Both the position numbers and the translations under genes were made by a program. A stretch of DNA of 32,000 bases, taken from the NCBI RefSeq assembly GCF_000175255.2, contig NC_017262.1, positions 1,620,001 through 1,652,000 of the forward strand. The letters run 5' to 3'. Positions 7,952 through 17,423 of the stretch are shown here, piece after piece. Numbering within the stretch: position 1 is the stretch's first letter; every line of letters begins with the position of its first letter. The notes beneath the pieces were generated by a model that was not told the DNA's origin, did not search any database, and was given only the letters and a program-made list of their open reading frames with translations. Source of the DNA: Zymomonas mobilis subsp. mobilis ATCC 10988. GTDB lineage: Bacteria; Pseudomonadota; Alphaproteobacteria; Sphingomonadales; Sphingomonadaceae.

Positions 7952-9232
7952 ATGGATCGTATCAAAATTCGCGGTGGCCATCGCTTGAAAGGCCGAATTC
8001 CTGTTTCCGGCGCTAAAAATGCCGTTTTGGCGTTAATGCCTGCCAGTCTTTTAACCAGTGACTCTTTAACGCTTATCAATCTTCCGCGCCTCGCGGATGT
8101 GGATAGCTGTTGCCATTTGTTGAATGAATTAGGCGTTTCAACAATGGTAGCTCGGAGTAAGGGAGATCATCCCGGGCGTGAAATTACGCTGACGGCGGAT
8201 ACTATCGCTTCGACGGTTGCCCCTTATGATATCGTTCGTAAAATGCGCGCTTCGATTCTCGTTTTGGGGCCTTTATTGGCAAGAGAAGGCGAAGCAACGG
8301 TTTCGCTCCCAGGCGGCTGTGCTATCGGTAACCGTCCGATTGATTTACATCTTCGGGCTTTGGAAGCTTTGGGTGCCGAAATTGAGCTGACGGCGGGATA
8401 TGTTCGGGCAAGAGCGCCGGATGGCGGTCTTCGAGGCGGTATCATCAGCTTTCCTGTGGTTTCGGTTGGCGCCACTGAAAATGCGATTATGGCAGCGGTG
8501 TTGGCACGCGGTGAAACCGTGATTAATAATGCCGCACGCGAACCTGAAATTGTCGATCTTTGCCAATGTCTTATGGCCATGGGTGCTAAAATTGACGGTG
8601 TCGGCAATAGCCGCCTTGTCATTCATGGTTGTGACCGACTGCATGGGGCGACCCATGTGGTTATGCCTGACCGTATCGAGGCAGGTAGTTATGCCTGTGC
8701 CGCAGCTATCACCGGTGGCGATGTCTTGTTGCAGGGTGCCAGATCAGCGGATATGGCCGAAGTTTTGGTCGAACTGAAAGAAAGCGGCCTCAATATTTCG
8801 GTGGAAGAAGACGGTATCCGTGTTCAGGCCGATGCCCCGTTAAAAGGCCTAACTTTATCGACAGCGCCTTTCCCCGGTTTCCCAACCGATATGCAGGCAC
8901 AATTTATGGCGATGCTGGCCTTAGCTCAGGGCACCAGTGTTCTGACTGAAACCATCTTTGAAAATCGCTATATGCATGTGCCAGAACTCGTCAGGATGGG
9001 TGCCGATATTCAGGTAAAAGGACGGGTCGCCGTTGTAAAAGGTGTCTCAGGATTGGTCGGTGCCGAAGTGATGGCGACCGATTTGCGGGCTTCGATGAGC
9101 TTGATTATCGCGGCTCTGGCCGCCGAAGGCGAAACGCAGGTTCACCGCGTTTATCACCTCGATCGTGGCTATGAACGTTTAGAAGAAAAACTATCTGCTG
9201 TCGGTGCTGATATCGAACGTGTCGGCGGATAA
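7952..9232 (+). CDS. murA: UDP-N-acetylglucosamine 1-carboxyvinyltransferase
   Basis: [29 protein letters not shown] and the active-site loop [16 protein letters not shown] prefer the ATG at 7952 to the upstream TTG at 7916 used by the track. Confidence 0.92.
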   Translation: MDRIKIRGGHRLKGRIPVSGAKNAVLALMPASLLTSDSLTLINLPRLADVDSCCHLLNELGVSTMVARSKGDHPGREITLTADTIASTVAPYDIVRKMRASILVLGPLLAREGEATVSLPGGCAIGNRPIDLHLRALEALGAEIELTAGYVRARAPDGGLRGGIISFPVVSVGATENAIMAAVLARGETVINNAAREPEIVDLCQCLMAMGAKIDGVGNSRLVIHGCDRLHGATHVVMPDRIEAGSYACAAAITGGDVLLQGARSADMAEVLVELKESGLNISVEEDGIRVQADAPLKGLTLSTAPFPGFPTDMQAQFMAMLALAQGTSVLTETIFENRYMHVPELVRMGADIQVKGRVAVVKGVSGLVGAEVMATDLRASMSLIIAALAAEGETQVHRVYHLDRGYERLEEKLSAVGADIERVGG

Positions 9233-9328
9233 AGCCTTAAAAGGGCTGGAATATTTTCAGCCCTTACCTCTCTCCAAGGGGATAAACGGACAGGCTCCAT
9301 TATCCCTATTTTATATATCGGGTAACTA

Positions 9329-9772
9329 ATGACGGAATCTTTGGATTTAGACGATCATAAAAATGACTTGCCTAAAAAAGAGGCAATAATACCCGAACAA
9401 GACCCCTATGATCAGCTCGATCCAACGGCCAAGGCCGAGGCGATCCGTCGTTTTCATAAACAACGGTTGGTTTTGCTTCTTATGGCAGCGGTTGCATGGT
9501 TACTATCTGCTGTAAGCTGGCGTATCGCGCCTTTTGCACATACAATGGGGCTGCCTCGATTGATCTGGGCGCCTACGGCTTTGACCTTTTTTGTTTTCTG
9601 GTCGCGTATGCCACGCAGTTTACGAAATTTTGTTATTCGGTCGATAGTTTTTCCCAGATTGAAAACCCTTTTTCTGGTAAGGGATTTTCTGTTGCCTTGC
9701 CTATTTTTCGGGCTTTCTCTCTGGTCAGTAGGACACGCTTTTCATGGGATGCAAGGGGGGCATATGGGATGA
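9329..9772 (+). CDS. Hypothetical small membrane protein
   Basis: 147 aa. Acidic N-terminus followed by 3-4 hydrophobic segments (LVLLLMAAVAWLLSAV, ALTFFVFW, LLPCLFFGLSLW). Its stop overlaps the pgeF start (ATGA at 9769-9772). Confidence 0.5.
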   Translation: MTESLDLDDHKNDLPKKEAIIPEQDPYDQLDPTAKAEAIRRFHKQRLVLLLMAAVAWLLSAVSWRIAPFAHTMGLPRLIWAPTALTFFVFWSRMPRSLRNFVIRSIVFPRLKTLFLVRDFLLPCLFFGLSLWSVGHAFHGMQGGHMG

Positions 9773-10527
9773 CCATCGAAATCTATAAGTCTTCTGTCCT
9801 TTCTGGGATTTCTCATGGCTTTTTGGGACGTCAAGGCGGTGTTTCTACAGGTATCTATAAAAGCCTGAATATTGGTTTGGGCACGCAGGACAGTCGGGAT
9901 CATATTTCTGAAAATCGGAAACGGGCAGTTGAAGCGGTAGCCCCCCATGCAACGCTGGTTACCCTGCGGCAAGTTCATTCTGCCAAGGCTGTTTTTGTTG
10001 AAAAAGCGGTTCTCGATGATCAACGCGTTGAAGCCGATGCGATGGTCACTCATCAGCCTCATTTAGCTTTGGGTATTTTGACGGCTGATTGCGTACCCGT
10101 TTTATTTGCAGATACAGTTTCCGGCCTTATCGGTGCGGCACATGCGGGTTGGAAGGGGGCTGTCGCTGGTGTAACCGATGCCACGATCGATCTTATGGTC
10201 GAAAAAGGTGCGCTACGGCATAATATTGTCGCGGCAATAGGCCCCGCCATTCAACAGGCCTCCTATGAAGTTGATGATGGCTTCTATCAAAGATTTGTTG
10301 CGGATAATTTAGGTAATCAGGCCTTCTTTTTAAAAGGCCGTGATGAACATTGGCAGTTTGATTTACCGGCCTATGTTGAAAAACGCCTTAAAAAAGCGGG
10401 ATTAGGCATGATTAGTCGTTCTTCGTTGGACACTTGTCAGAATAGCGAGCAGTTTTTTAGCTATCGTCGGGCATGCCTTGCCAGTGAAGCTGATTACGGT
10501 CGCCAGATTTCGATCATCGCTTTGTAA
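9769..10527 (+). CDS. pgeF: PgeF/YfiH family (DUF152, purine nucleoside phosphorylase / laccase-domain) protein
   Basis: The N-terminus beginning at MTIEIYKSS, LRQVHS, ILTADCVPVLF and AAHAGWKG (His-Cys-His triad context). I start it at the ATG at 9769. The track extension back to 9496 overlaps the upstream ORF and does not look like protein. Confidence 0.85.
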   Translation: MTIEIYKSSVLSGISHGFLGRQGGVSTGIYKSLNIGLGTQDSRDHISENRKRAVEAVAPHATLVTLRQVHSAKAVFVEKAVLDDQRVEADAMVTHQPHLALGILTADCVPVLFADTVSGLIGAAHAGWKGAVAGVTDATIDLMVEKGALRHNIVAAIGPAIQQASYEVDDGFYQRFVADNLGNQAFFLKGRDEHWQFDLPAYVEKRLKKAGLGMISRSSLDTCQNSEQFFSYRRACLASEADYGRQISIIAL

Positions 10528-10600
10528 AAGAAAAATCTGATATTTTTACTGTGAATATTGTTGCCTATTCTGGTCAGAATTGACGCTTAGGGAGTCTTTC

Positions 10601-11710
10601 ATGAAAACGCGTGCTGCTGTTGCTTTTGCCGAAAAACAACCTTTAGAAATTGTCGAACTTGACTTGGAAGGCCCCAAAGACGGCGAAGTTTTGGTTGAAA
10701 TTATGGCGACCGGTATTTGTCATACAGATGCCTATACTTTGGGCGGATTCGATAGCGAAGGCATCTTTCCAGTTGTATTGGGGCATGAAGGTGCTGGTAT
10801 TGTTCGCGAAGTCGGGAAGGGCGTGACTTCTGTCAAAGCGGGCGACCATGTCATTCCGCTTTACACGCCTGAATGTCGCCAATGTAAAAGCTGCCTTTCT
10901 GGTAAAACCAATCTTTGCACAGCTATTCGTGAAACACAGGGTAGAGGTGTAATGCCAGATGGCACAACGCGCTTTTCTTATAAAGGTCAGCTCATCTATC
11001 ACTATATGGGTTGCTCGACTTTCTCCAATTTTACGGTTTTGCCAGAAATAGCCGTTGCCAAAATTCGTGAAGATGCGCCTTTTAAAGCGGCATGTTACTG
11101 TGGTTGTGGCGTTTCAACAGGGGTCGGGGCAGTTATCAACACGGCAAAAGTGGAAGCGGGTGCCAATGTTGTGGTCTTTGGTCTCGGTGGAATCGGGCTT
11201 AATGTTATCCAAGCCGCGAGAATGGTGGGCGCCGATAAAATTATCGGTGTTGATACCAATGACTCAAAGGCTGAATGGGGGCGGCGTTTCGGGATGACGG
11301 ATTTTGTCAATCCGAACAAGATTGATGAAGATATTGTGCCTCATCTGCTGCGTTTAACGGAAGGGGGCGCTGATTATACCTTTGATTGCACCGGTAATAC
11401 CGATGTCATGCGCCAAGCCTTGGAAGCCTGTCATCGCGGATGGGGTGTTTCAGTGGTGATCGGTGTTGCCGAGGCTGGAAAAGAAATTTCGACCCGTCCT
11501 TTCCAGTTAGTGACAGGGCGCGTTTGGAAAGGCTCTGCTTTCGGCGGCGTTAAAGGCAGAACCGGTGTTCCGAAAATCGTTGACTGGTATATGAAGGGTA
11601 AAATTGAAATTGATCCGATGATTACCCATATCCTGTCATTAGAAGAGATCAATAAAGCGTTTGACCTGATGCATGAGGGTAAATCCATTCGTTCGGTTGT
11701 TCTTTTCTGA
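10601..11710 (+). CDS. adhC: Class III alcohol dehydrogenase / S-(hydroxymethyl)glutathione dehydrogenase
   Basis: MKTRAAVAF..., zinc-ligand motifs [12 protein letters not shown] and [23 protein letters not shown], and Rossmann motif [12 protein letters not shown] at 10601 with AGGGAG upstream. Confidence 0.9.
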   Translation: MKTRAAVAFAEKQPLEIVELDLEGPKDGEVLVEIMATGICHTDAYTLGGFDSEGIFPVVLGHEGAGIVREVGKGVTSVKAGDHVIPLYTPECRQCKSCLSGKTNLCTAIRETQGRGVMPDGTTRFSYKGQLIYHYMGCSTFSNFTVLPEIAVAKIREDAPFKAACYCGCGVSTGVGAVINTAKVEAGANVVVFGLGGIGLNVIQAARMVGADKIIGVDTNDSKAEWGRRFGMTDFVNPNKIDEDIVPHLLRLTEGGADYTFDCTGNTDVMRQALEACHRGWGVSVVIGVAEAGKEISTRPFQLVTGRVWKGSAFGGVKGRTGVPKIVDWYMKGKIEIDPMITHILSLEEINKAFDLMHEGKSIRSVVLF

Positions 11711-11751
11711 TTACCTGTCCTGTTAACCTGTGGATATAGAAGGTCGGTTCA

Positions 11752-12138
11752 ATGAGTAGTATTCTGACGCATCTGACAATTGGTTCCAATGACCTGAAGA
11801 AGGCGCGCATCTTTTATGATGCTGTTTTGGAACCGTTGGGTATCAAACTTATTCGCGAGGTCGAAGGACAGCGTTTTGCTTATGGCAAAGACGGCGAAGA
11901 AGGACGCATCATCATCGTAAAGCCTATTAATGGCGAAGCCGCTACCGCCGGAAATGGTATCACTATCGGTTTGGCAGCGCCTTCTGATGAAGCTGTCGAT
12001 GCTTTTTATAAAGCAGGCTTGGCTAATGGCGGTAAGGATGCCGGAGAGCCGGGGCCTCGTCCGGCTGCTAATAATTCTCGGGGTGCCTATTTATATGACC
12101 CTGAAGGCAATAAAATCTGCGCTTTCAATTTTAAATAA
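11752..12138 (+). CDS. VOC (glyoxalase/bleomycin-resistance/dioxygenase) family protein
   Basis: 128 aa. LTHLTIGSNDLKKARIFYDAVLEPLGI...GAYLYDPEGNKI is typical of the VOC fold. It lies 41 nt after adhC with no terminator between them. Confidence 0.75.
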   Translation: MSSILTHLTIGSNDLKKARIFYDAVLEPLGIKLIREVEGQRFAYGKDGEEGRIIIVKPINGEAATAGNGITIGLAAPSDEAVDAFYKAGLANGGKDAGEPGPRPAANNSRGAYLYDPEGNKICAFNFK

Positions 12139-12149
12139 GATTTCTTTGG

Positions 12150-12180
12150 TGCAGGGTTATTCAAAATAGCCCTGCATTTT
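12150..12180 (+). terminator. Rho-independent terminator after the adhC-VOC pair
   Basis: Stem tgcaggg / ccctgca with a 13-nt loop, followed by TTTT. Confidence 0.55.
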
Positions 12181-12318
12181 CAGTATTATAGCGGCCATTA
12201 TGGCTTTTGCCTTGATAAAAAATTTATCAGGGCTGTTTTTCGTGATGAATATTTTTGATTTTTCAAGAAAAGCCTGATATCTTCCAACATCTTTCTTTGT
12301 ATATAAATGGAGCGAGCT

Positions 12319-12696
12319 ATGGCGCGCGTAACTGTCGAAGACTGTATCGATAAAGTTCATAATCGTTTCGATTTGATCTTATTAGCAGCTCAGCGTGCTC
12401 GCCAGATTTCCGGTGGTGCTGAACTGACACTCGATCGGGATCGCGATAAAAATCCAGTCGTTGCTTTACGTGAAATCGCAGATGAACTGATTACCCCTGT
12501 GCAATTACGTGAGGCCTTGTTGAATGATCTTCAGCAGGTTCATCTTGATGATGACGATGTGCCGGATGAGGTTGGTTCGCTTTCCGCTTCTGCCGAAGCC
12601 TTGCGCTTGACCGCAGAAACGCCTGCTAGAAATCAGACTTCTTCCCGTCGTGCCGCTGCTGCTGCGGCAGCCGCTGCGGCTGTCGATTACGACTGA
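12319..12696 (+). CDS. rpoZ: DNA-directed RNA polymerase subunit omega
   Basis: [33 protein letters not shown] is canonical. The ATG at 12319 has GGAG 6 nt upstream. The C-terminal tail ends in an Ala10 run. Confidence 0.92.
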   Translation: MARVTVEDCIDKVHNRFDLILLAAQRARQISGGAELTLDRDRDKNPVVALREIADELITPVQLREALLNDLQQVHLDDDDVPDEVGSLSASAEALRLTAETPARNQTSSRRAAAAAAAAAAVDYD

Positions 12697-12730
12697 TCTT
12701 TTACTATTCTTTGAATAGTTCGGAATTAAT

Positions 12731-12760
12731 AAAAGCCGCTTCTGAAAAGAAGCGGCTTTT
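12731..12760. terminator. Bidirectional Rho-independent terminator between convergent rpoZ and frk
   Basis: Perfect hairpin aaaagccgcttct / agaagcggctttt, flanked by an A-run and a T-run, so it reads as a terminator on both strands. Confidence 0.85.
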
Positions 12761-12900
12761 ATATATCTCCAATCCTGATTGGTATATCAGGGCTATCTAA
12801 AAGACTGCTTGGAAATAATGGTTGGGGAGGAGGATAAACCGCCCATTTTCCAAAATCCCTTTTCGGTTAAGAAAATTGATTTTTGGAAGATTTATCCACA

Positions 12901-13806
12901 TTATTTATTTTCTGCAGCCAATGCCAAGGCGAAGGCACCCATCATACCGGCCTGATCACCTAACCCTGGTAATACGATAATTTTTTCGAAGTCAGCACCT
13001 TCAAAATAACTATTGGCAATTTCAGCCGTCTGACGACGAACAGAAGCCAGCATACCGTCAACATGCATAACGCCGCCGCCGAAAACGATACGTTCCGGTG
13101 AAATAAAGGCCTGAAGCGTGACGTTGAAGTGAGCCAAATAGAAAGCAATGATTTCTCTGGCTTTTTCAAATTCGGCCGGTTCCATTTCGTTCAGAGCCTT
13201 GCCCCAACGTTTACGGATAGCCGTGCCGCTGGCGAGACCTTCATAGCAACCGCCATGATAAGGGCAGCAACCTTCGAAATCACGATCATCAGGATGACGG
13301 ATCGGAATACCATGACCCATTTCAGGGTGAGCCAGACCATGAATCGGTTTACCATCAATCAGTACGCCACCGCCGAAGCCGGTGCCAACCGTGACATAAA
13401 CAGATGTATGGGTGCCTTTTGATGCGCCCCAGAAGTTTTCAGCCAAAGCTGCGCCATTCACATCGGTGTCGATTTCAACCGGGCAACCAAAAGCTTCTTT
13501 AAAGGGCGTTACAACGTCCGTATTCGGCCAGAAAGGTTTCGGGGTATTGGTGATATAGCCCCATTTCGGGCTTTTGCGATCGAGGCAAAGCGGACCAAAT
13601 GACGCGATACCAAAAGACGCAAAAGAATCAGCGTATTGAGGAAGCGCTTTTTTGAAGAATTCAACACTTTTACCAAGCGTTTCTTCAGGGGTTGTGGTCG
13701 GAACACGTTCCACAGCCAGCATCTTCCGGTCAGAATCAATAAGGGCGAGCATAAATTTCGTTCCGCCGCCTTCAATGCATCCATAAATTTTTTTATCGTT
13801 TTTCAT
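12901..13806 (-). CDS. frk: Fructokinase (ROK family)
   Basis: 301 aa from the ATG at 13806 (MKNDKKIYGCIEGGGTKF...). ROK zinc motif GHGIPIRHPDDRDFEGCCPYHGGCYEG. I recognise the sequence as Zymomonas mobilis Frk. Confidence 0.95.
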   Translation of the reverse strand: MKNDKKIYGCIEGGGTKFMLALIDSDRKMLAVERVPTTTPEETLGKSVEFFKKALPQYADSFASFGIASFGPLCLDRKSPKWGYITNTPKPFWPNTDVVTPFKEAFGCPVEIDTDVNGAALAENFWGASKGTHTSVYVTVGTGFGGGVLIDGKPIHGLAHPEMGHGIPIRHPDDRDFEGCCPYHGGCYEGLASGTAIRKRWGKALNEMEPAEFEKAREIIAFYLAHFNVTLQAFISPERIVFGGGVMHVDGMLASVRRQTAEIANSYFEGADFEKIIVLPGLGDQAGMMGAFALALAAENK

Positions 13807-13973
13807 TATTCTCACCACTCACAAAATCCCCCCGTAATACGGAGGTATATGCTGTCCATTCGCTTTAAATTATGACGATGACCTCGATTTTTCTTCTGTG
13901 CCAAAAGGCCTTTTGAATAAATCGAAATCGACCGTCTGCGATTCGTCCAACTGGTAGGATTATAACTAAGTTT

Positions 13974-13993
13974 TCTTTCTTAATTAAGAAAGA
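13974..13993. promoter_or_regulatory. Perfect 20-bp palindrome TCTTTCTTAATTAAGAAAGA, about 178 bp upstream of frk
   Basis: The sequence is its own exact reverse complement. Two copies of the palindromic octamer AAATATTT follow at 14000-14007 and 14011-14018, 11 bp apart. Confidence 0.35.
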
Positions 13994-14513
13994 TATCAAA
14001 AATATTTTAGAAATATTTTCTTGGAAAATTTAAAGTAAAATGAAGTTATTTTTTAAAAAATAAAGAAAAAATATATTTTTGCTGATATTTAAAACGAAAT
14101 AAATTCGGGATTGGATGTATTTTATTTTTTTTCAAAAATAATTTGGATATCTTGAATCTAAGATAAATTTCTTTTTGTCCAAAGAAGTCCTTCTTTAGGA
14201 ATGGTAATATTTTGTTATTTTTTTTGTGTTTTTTCTGTCTTTAAATAATTCTCTTTTGTGTCATTCGTGTTTTTTTATGAAAAAAATAAAAGTTTTTTTG
14301 TCAACGTTGTCATGAAACATTTATTTTTATTGCATAAGCGATAGTTTTCTACGCTTTTCGATACTAAATTTAGCAATCTTTATTGCTATTTAATTGGAAT
14401 TTATTATCGCAATGCTGCGATTTTGAATATTCGTTTTCTGAATTGTAATAAATACAATCCAGAAAACAGTATCCGAAATAAAAAGGCAGACCTTCTTTTC
14501 TATATTTTGGATT

Positions 14514-15371
14514 TTATTTGAAATGATGATTGCGGCTGCAAGCGCCAAGCCCTGCGAGAACAACTTTATAATCATCGGCCACGGCAATCATATCATGTGC
14601 GGATAAGGTGGATAAAACGGATTGCGGTATATTTCTCGGTAATCCGCAAGCCAGCCGATACCATAATAAACTATTCGGGGCAGGGGGCGTTGCGGCTTCG
14701 TCGGTCATTTCGCCTAAGGCAACTGCCCATTGCGGCTTTTCCTGTGGGCGGCGCAGGATATTCAAAGAAATAGGTTGTTTACTTATCGTTTGTAAGAAAA
14801 TCTGGGTTTCACTTTCACCCGGAACAGACCCCGGCACATAAAAAGCGCTTGTGATAGAAGTTATTTGCGGGGCAGGGCTATTGGATAAGATTTCACGCGT
14901 AATCCCACTTACAACCGCTTCGCTTTTCGGATCCCAATCCAGATTGGAATCTGGGCGGGTCAGCATGATTTGATCGGGATGTCCTGATACGGGTTGGCCA
15001 AATATTAAAAAGCGCGTTTTTTCTGGAATACGCTTGGCGTGACCTTTTTCATCATTAGGCACATCAAGAAGATAAGAAATATTGCCGGCAAGCCCATCTG
15101 CACCGCGAATCAATGAGGAAACTTTGGCTTCAATATAGAAGCGGGTTTTTCCTTCTTGTAAATCAGGCGCTAATTTTGCTGATAATTTTTTAGCTCTCGT
15201 AACCTCAACTGAAGCAATAATCGGAGACATTAGGGTAATATCTACAAAGTCGGCATAAGTAAAATCGGAGACCGATATTGTTTTTACTTCCTGATTCGAT
15301 TGTGCTTTTGCGGCGATAAGTGGTGACAAGCTTAACGCTGTTATAAGAAGTGTATTTCTTATCCATTTCAT
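14514..15371 (-). CDS. Hypothetical periplasmic protein
   Basis: 285 aa from the ATG at 15371 (MKWIRNTLLITALSLSPLIAAKAQS, a signal peptide), with GAGGA 8 nt upstream. The track TTG at 15386 lies inside that ribosome-binding site. I recognise no family. Confidence 0.6.
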   Translation of the reverse strand: MKWIRNTLLITALSLSPLIAAKAQSNQEVKTISVSDFTYADFVDITLMSPIIASVEVTRAKKLSAKLAPDLQEGKTRFYIEAKVSSLIRGADGLAGNISYLLDVPNDEKGHAKRIPEKTRFLIFGQPVSGHPDQIMLTRPDSNLDWDPKSEAVVSGITREILSNSPAPQITSITSAFYVPGSVPGESETQIFLQTISKQPISLNILRRPQEKPQWAVALGEMTDEAATPPAPNSLLWYRLACGLPRNIPQSVLSTLSAHDMIAVADDYKVVLAGLGACSRNHHFK

Positions 15372-15727
15372 TATCTTATTCCTCAAGATTTATTTTATAA
15401 CTTGATTTATAGTTATATTTTTATTCGTTTTTACCATTTGTAATAAAAATGAAAACTTTTTTTGTTAAAAAATGCCCTCTTGATTTTTAATAAAATACAC
15501 TTTTGTAATGATATGATAAAGCAATTGCATGTCTCCCCTTGTCACGATAAGATCGGGACGTAGAGCCGTTCGCGGCCATGGTCGTCTAAGATTCCATTTA
15601 TGATAGGGAACATGAATGGTTATCGACAATCACGGAACTTGCGTGTGTGCTCGTTATGGGGGATTCGATAAATTCGACTGTCTGGCGGGTGCCACAGCTT
15701 GAGGACTGGAGGGAGTAAATTTCCTGA

Positions 15728-16459
15728 ATGGCTTACGCTGATCAACAACCAATGAGCCGACGTAAAATCGTCGCTATCGGCTTAGTGGTGGTGGTTCATA
15801 TTATACTTATCTATGGCATGGTCTCTGGCCTGGCGGTCAAAGTCTACAAACATGCTACAACAGATTTAAAGGTGTTTGATGTCAAAACACCACCGCCTCC
15901 ACCAAAGCCACCTGAACCGCCCAAAAAAGAACAGCCAAAAATTGTTCAAAAACCAACACCACAGCCTAAACAAACCACGCCGCCACAGATTGTGACGCCT
16001 CCTGTTAAAGTTGATGTTCCTCATGTCGAGGCACCGGCTGTTCAGACGGTTACCAGTCAACCAGTGGCACCAATGACCGCACTTGCTGGCCCCATTGGTA
16101 AAGGTCCCATTGGCCCCCCTTCCGAGGGTAAGCCCGATGGAAACGGTCAGAGTGGTGGTGTTGCAACTGCTGCTCGTCCACATGGCGATCAGACCCAGTG
16201 GGTTACTCAGGATGATTATCCGTCCCGAGCCATGCGTGATGGTAAATCCGGTACAACCGCGATTGCCTTTACGATTGGAACCGATGGGCGTGTTTCACAA
16301 TGCCATGTTACTTCATCAAGCGGGACACCCGAACTTGATGAGGCGACCTGTAAATACTTCACAATGCGTGCGCGTTACTATCCGGCTAAATCCACTTCGG
16401 GCGACCCTGTCGTTAGCTCCGGTGTCCAGCGCATTATTTGGCGTATTCCGGATGATTGA
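15728..16459 (+). CDS. tonB: Energy transducer TonB
   Basis: N-terminal anchor (IVAIGLVVVVHIILIYG), Pro/Lys-rich spacer (PPPPPKPPEPPKKEQPK...), and a C-terminal TonB domain (YPSRAMRDGKSGTTAIAFTIGTDGRVSQCHV). Confidence 0.9.
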   Translation: MAYADQQPMSRRKIVAIGLVVVVHIILIYGMVSGLAVKVYKHATTDLKVFDVKTPPPPPKPPEPPKKEQPKIVQKPTPQPKQTTPPQIVTPPVKVDVPHVEAPAVQTVTSQPVAPMTALAGPIGKGPIGPPSEGKPDGNGQSGGVATAARPHGDQTQWVTQDDYPSRAMRDGKSGTTAIAFTIGTDGRVSQCHVTSSSGTPELDEATCKYFTMRARYYPAKSTSGDPVVSSGVQRIIWRIPDD

Positions 16460-16636
16460 TCGGGATAACATAACTATTCAAATGTAGAATTTATTCAAAA
16501 GATTGATTTTGTTAAAAATTTTACATCGAAATAGTTCAATATATTAAGAAAATGTGATTTTCTTTGCTAAAGAATTTCACAATTTCTCATTTTAATCTTG
16601 ATATCATCTCTATTTTGCTAAGAGGAAATACTAGTC

Positions 16637-17380
16637 ATGGCTACCCCAGCAGCTCCTGCCGTCGAGGCCAGTGCTTACGGTCTTACCGGTGCCCTTCAAC
16701 AGGGGGGCGCTCCGACTTGGACGGTTCTTATTATCCTGGTATTGATGTCTGCCGCTTCATGGTACGTGATTTTCACCAAATTGTGGGAGCAGCATCGCGT
16801 CCTTGTCCAAAGCCGTGAAGTCGGTGCTGCATTCTGGAATGCGCCTTCTTTGAAAGACGCTGCCAAGAAGCTCGAAGAAAATACCGCTTATCGCCAGATC
16901 GTTGAAGATGGTCTGGATGCTGATACGCAGTATGTCAAAATCCCGAATGCTATTGATCAGCATGAATGGTTGAATGACTCACTGGAACGCAGCGTTGGTT
17001 CTATCAATGCGCGTTTGGGTTCTGGTCTGGCTATTCTTGCTACCGTTGGTGCAACTTCTCCGTTCGTCGGTCTGTTCGGTACGGTTAATGGTATTTACGG
17101 TGCTTTGGTTCAGATCGGTGCTTCTGGTCAGGCTTCTATCGGTAAAGTCGCCGGTCCGGTCGGTGAAGCTTTGATCATGACCTCCATCGGTCTTGCCGTC
17201 GCTGTGCCTGCCGTTTTGGGTTACAACTGGTTAAGCCGTCGGAATAAAACCATTGCTGAACGGATTGGTTCTTTTGCCATTGATGTTCACGCTTATCTGG
17301 TTTCAGGCGGCGCTGTTCGTCCTGAATTCAAGGCTTCACCTGCTGCAGCCGCAAAGAAACCGGCTCCGGTTAAGCATTAA
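16637..17380 (+). CDS. exbB: MotA/TolQ/ExbB-family proton channel ExbB
   Basis: 247 aa. ATSPFVGLFGTVNGIYGAL and GPVGEALIMTSIGLAVAVPAVLGYNWL. AGAGGA ribosome-binding site. Confidence 0.9.
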   Translation: MATPAAPAVEASAYGLTGALQQGGAPTWTVLIILVLMSAASWYVIFTKLWEQHRVLVQSREVGAAFWNAPSLKDAAKKLEENTAYRQIVEDGLDADTQYVKIPNAIDQHEWLNDSLERSVGSINARLGSGLAILATVGATSPFVGLFGTVNGIYGALVQIGASGQASIGKVAGPVGEALIMTSIGLAVAVPAVLGYNWLSRRNKTIAERIGSFAIDVHAYLVSGGAVRPEFKASPAAAAKKPAPVKH

Positions 17381-17398
17381 GCCCCTGCCGTTTTCTGG

Positions 17399-17423
17399 CC
17401 GGAGAGGCTTTTCCCCTCTCCGG
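17399..17423 (+). other. GC-rich hairpin between exbB and exbD within the operon
   Basis: Perfect 9-bp stem ccggagagg / cctctccgg with a 7-nt loop, starting 19 nt after the exbB stop. A second AU-rich hairpin lies at 17439-17465. Neither is followed by a clean T-run. Confidence 0.5.

Noticed and set aside
12655-12684. Ala10 run (GCN repeats) at the RpoZ C-terminus
   Set aside because: It is a low-complexity tail in a region of omega that varies among alphaproteobacteria. It may vary in length by slippage, but there is no evidence of any special function.
12892-12900. Perfect DnaA box TTATCCACA next to the frk stop codon
   Set aside because: It is a single isolated 9-mer with no cluster of boxes or DNA-unwinding element nearby. 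One occurrence in 32 kb read on both strands is within chance expectation.
15503-15530. Fur-box-like AT-rich sequence (AATGATATGATAAAGCAATTGC) over the putative tonB -10 element, and a second one at 16464-16482 (GATAACATAACTATTC)
   Set aside because: They match only about 10-11 of the 19 positions in GATAATGATAATCATTATC. That is close to what AT-rich spacers give by chance. I cannot support them without a genome-wide motif model.
15590-15727. Fragments resembling cobalamin-riboswitch core elements (AGGGAA...GGT and GCCACAG...GGAGGGAG) upstream of tonB
   Set aside because: The B12 box (AGCCAGGAGACCUGCC-like) and the CCCCGC-ACUGU element are absent. The spacing is also wrong, and GGAGGGAG is better explained as the Shine-Dalgarno sequence. 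A covariance-model scan would settle the question.
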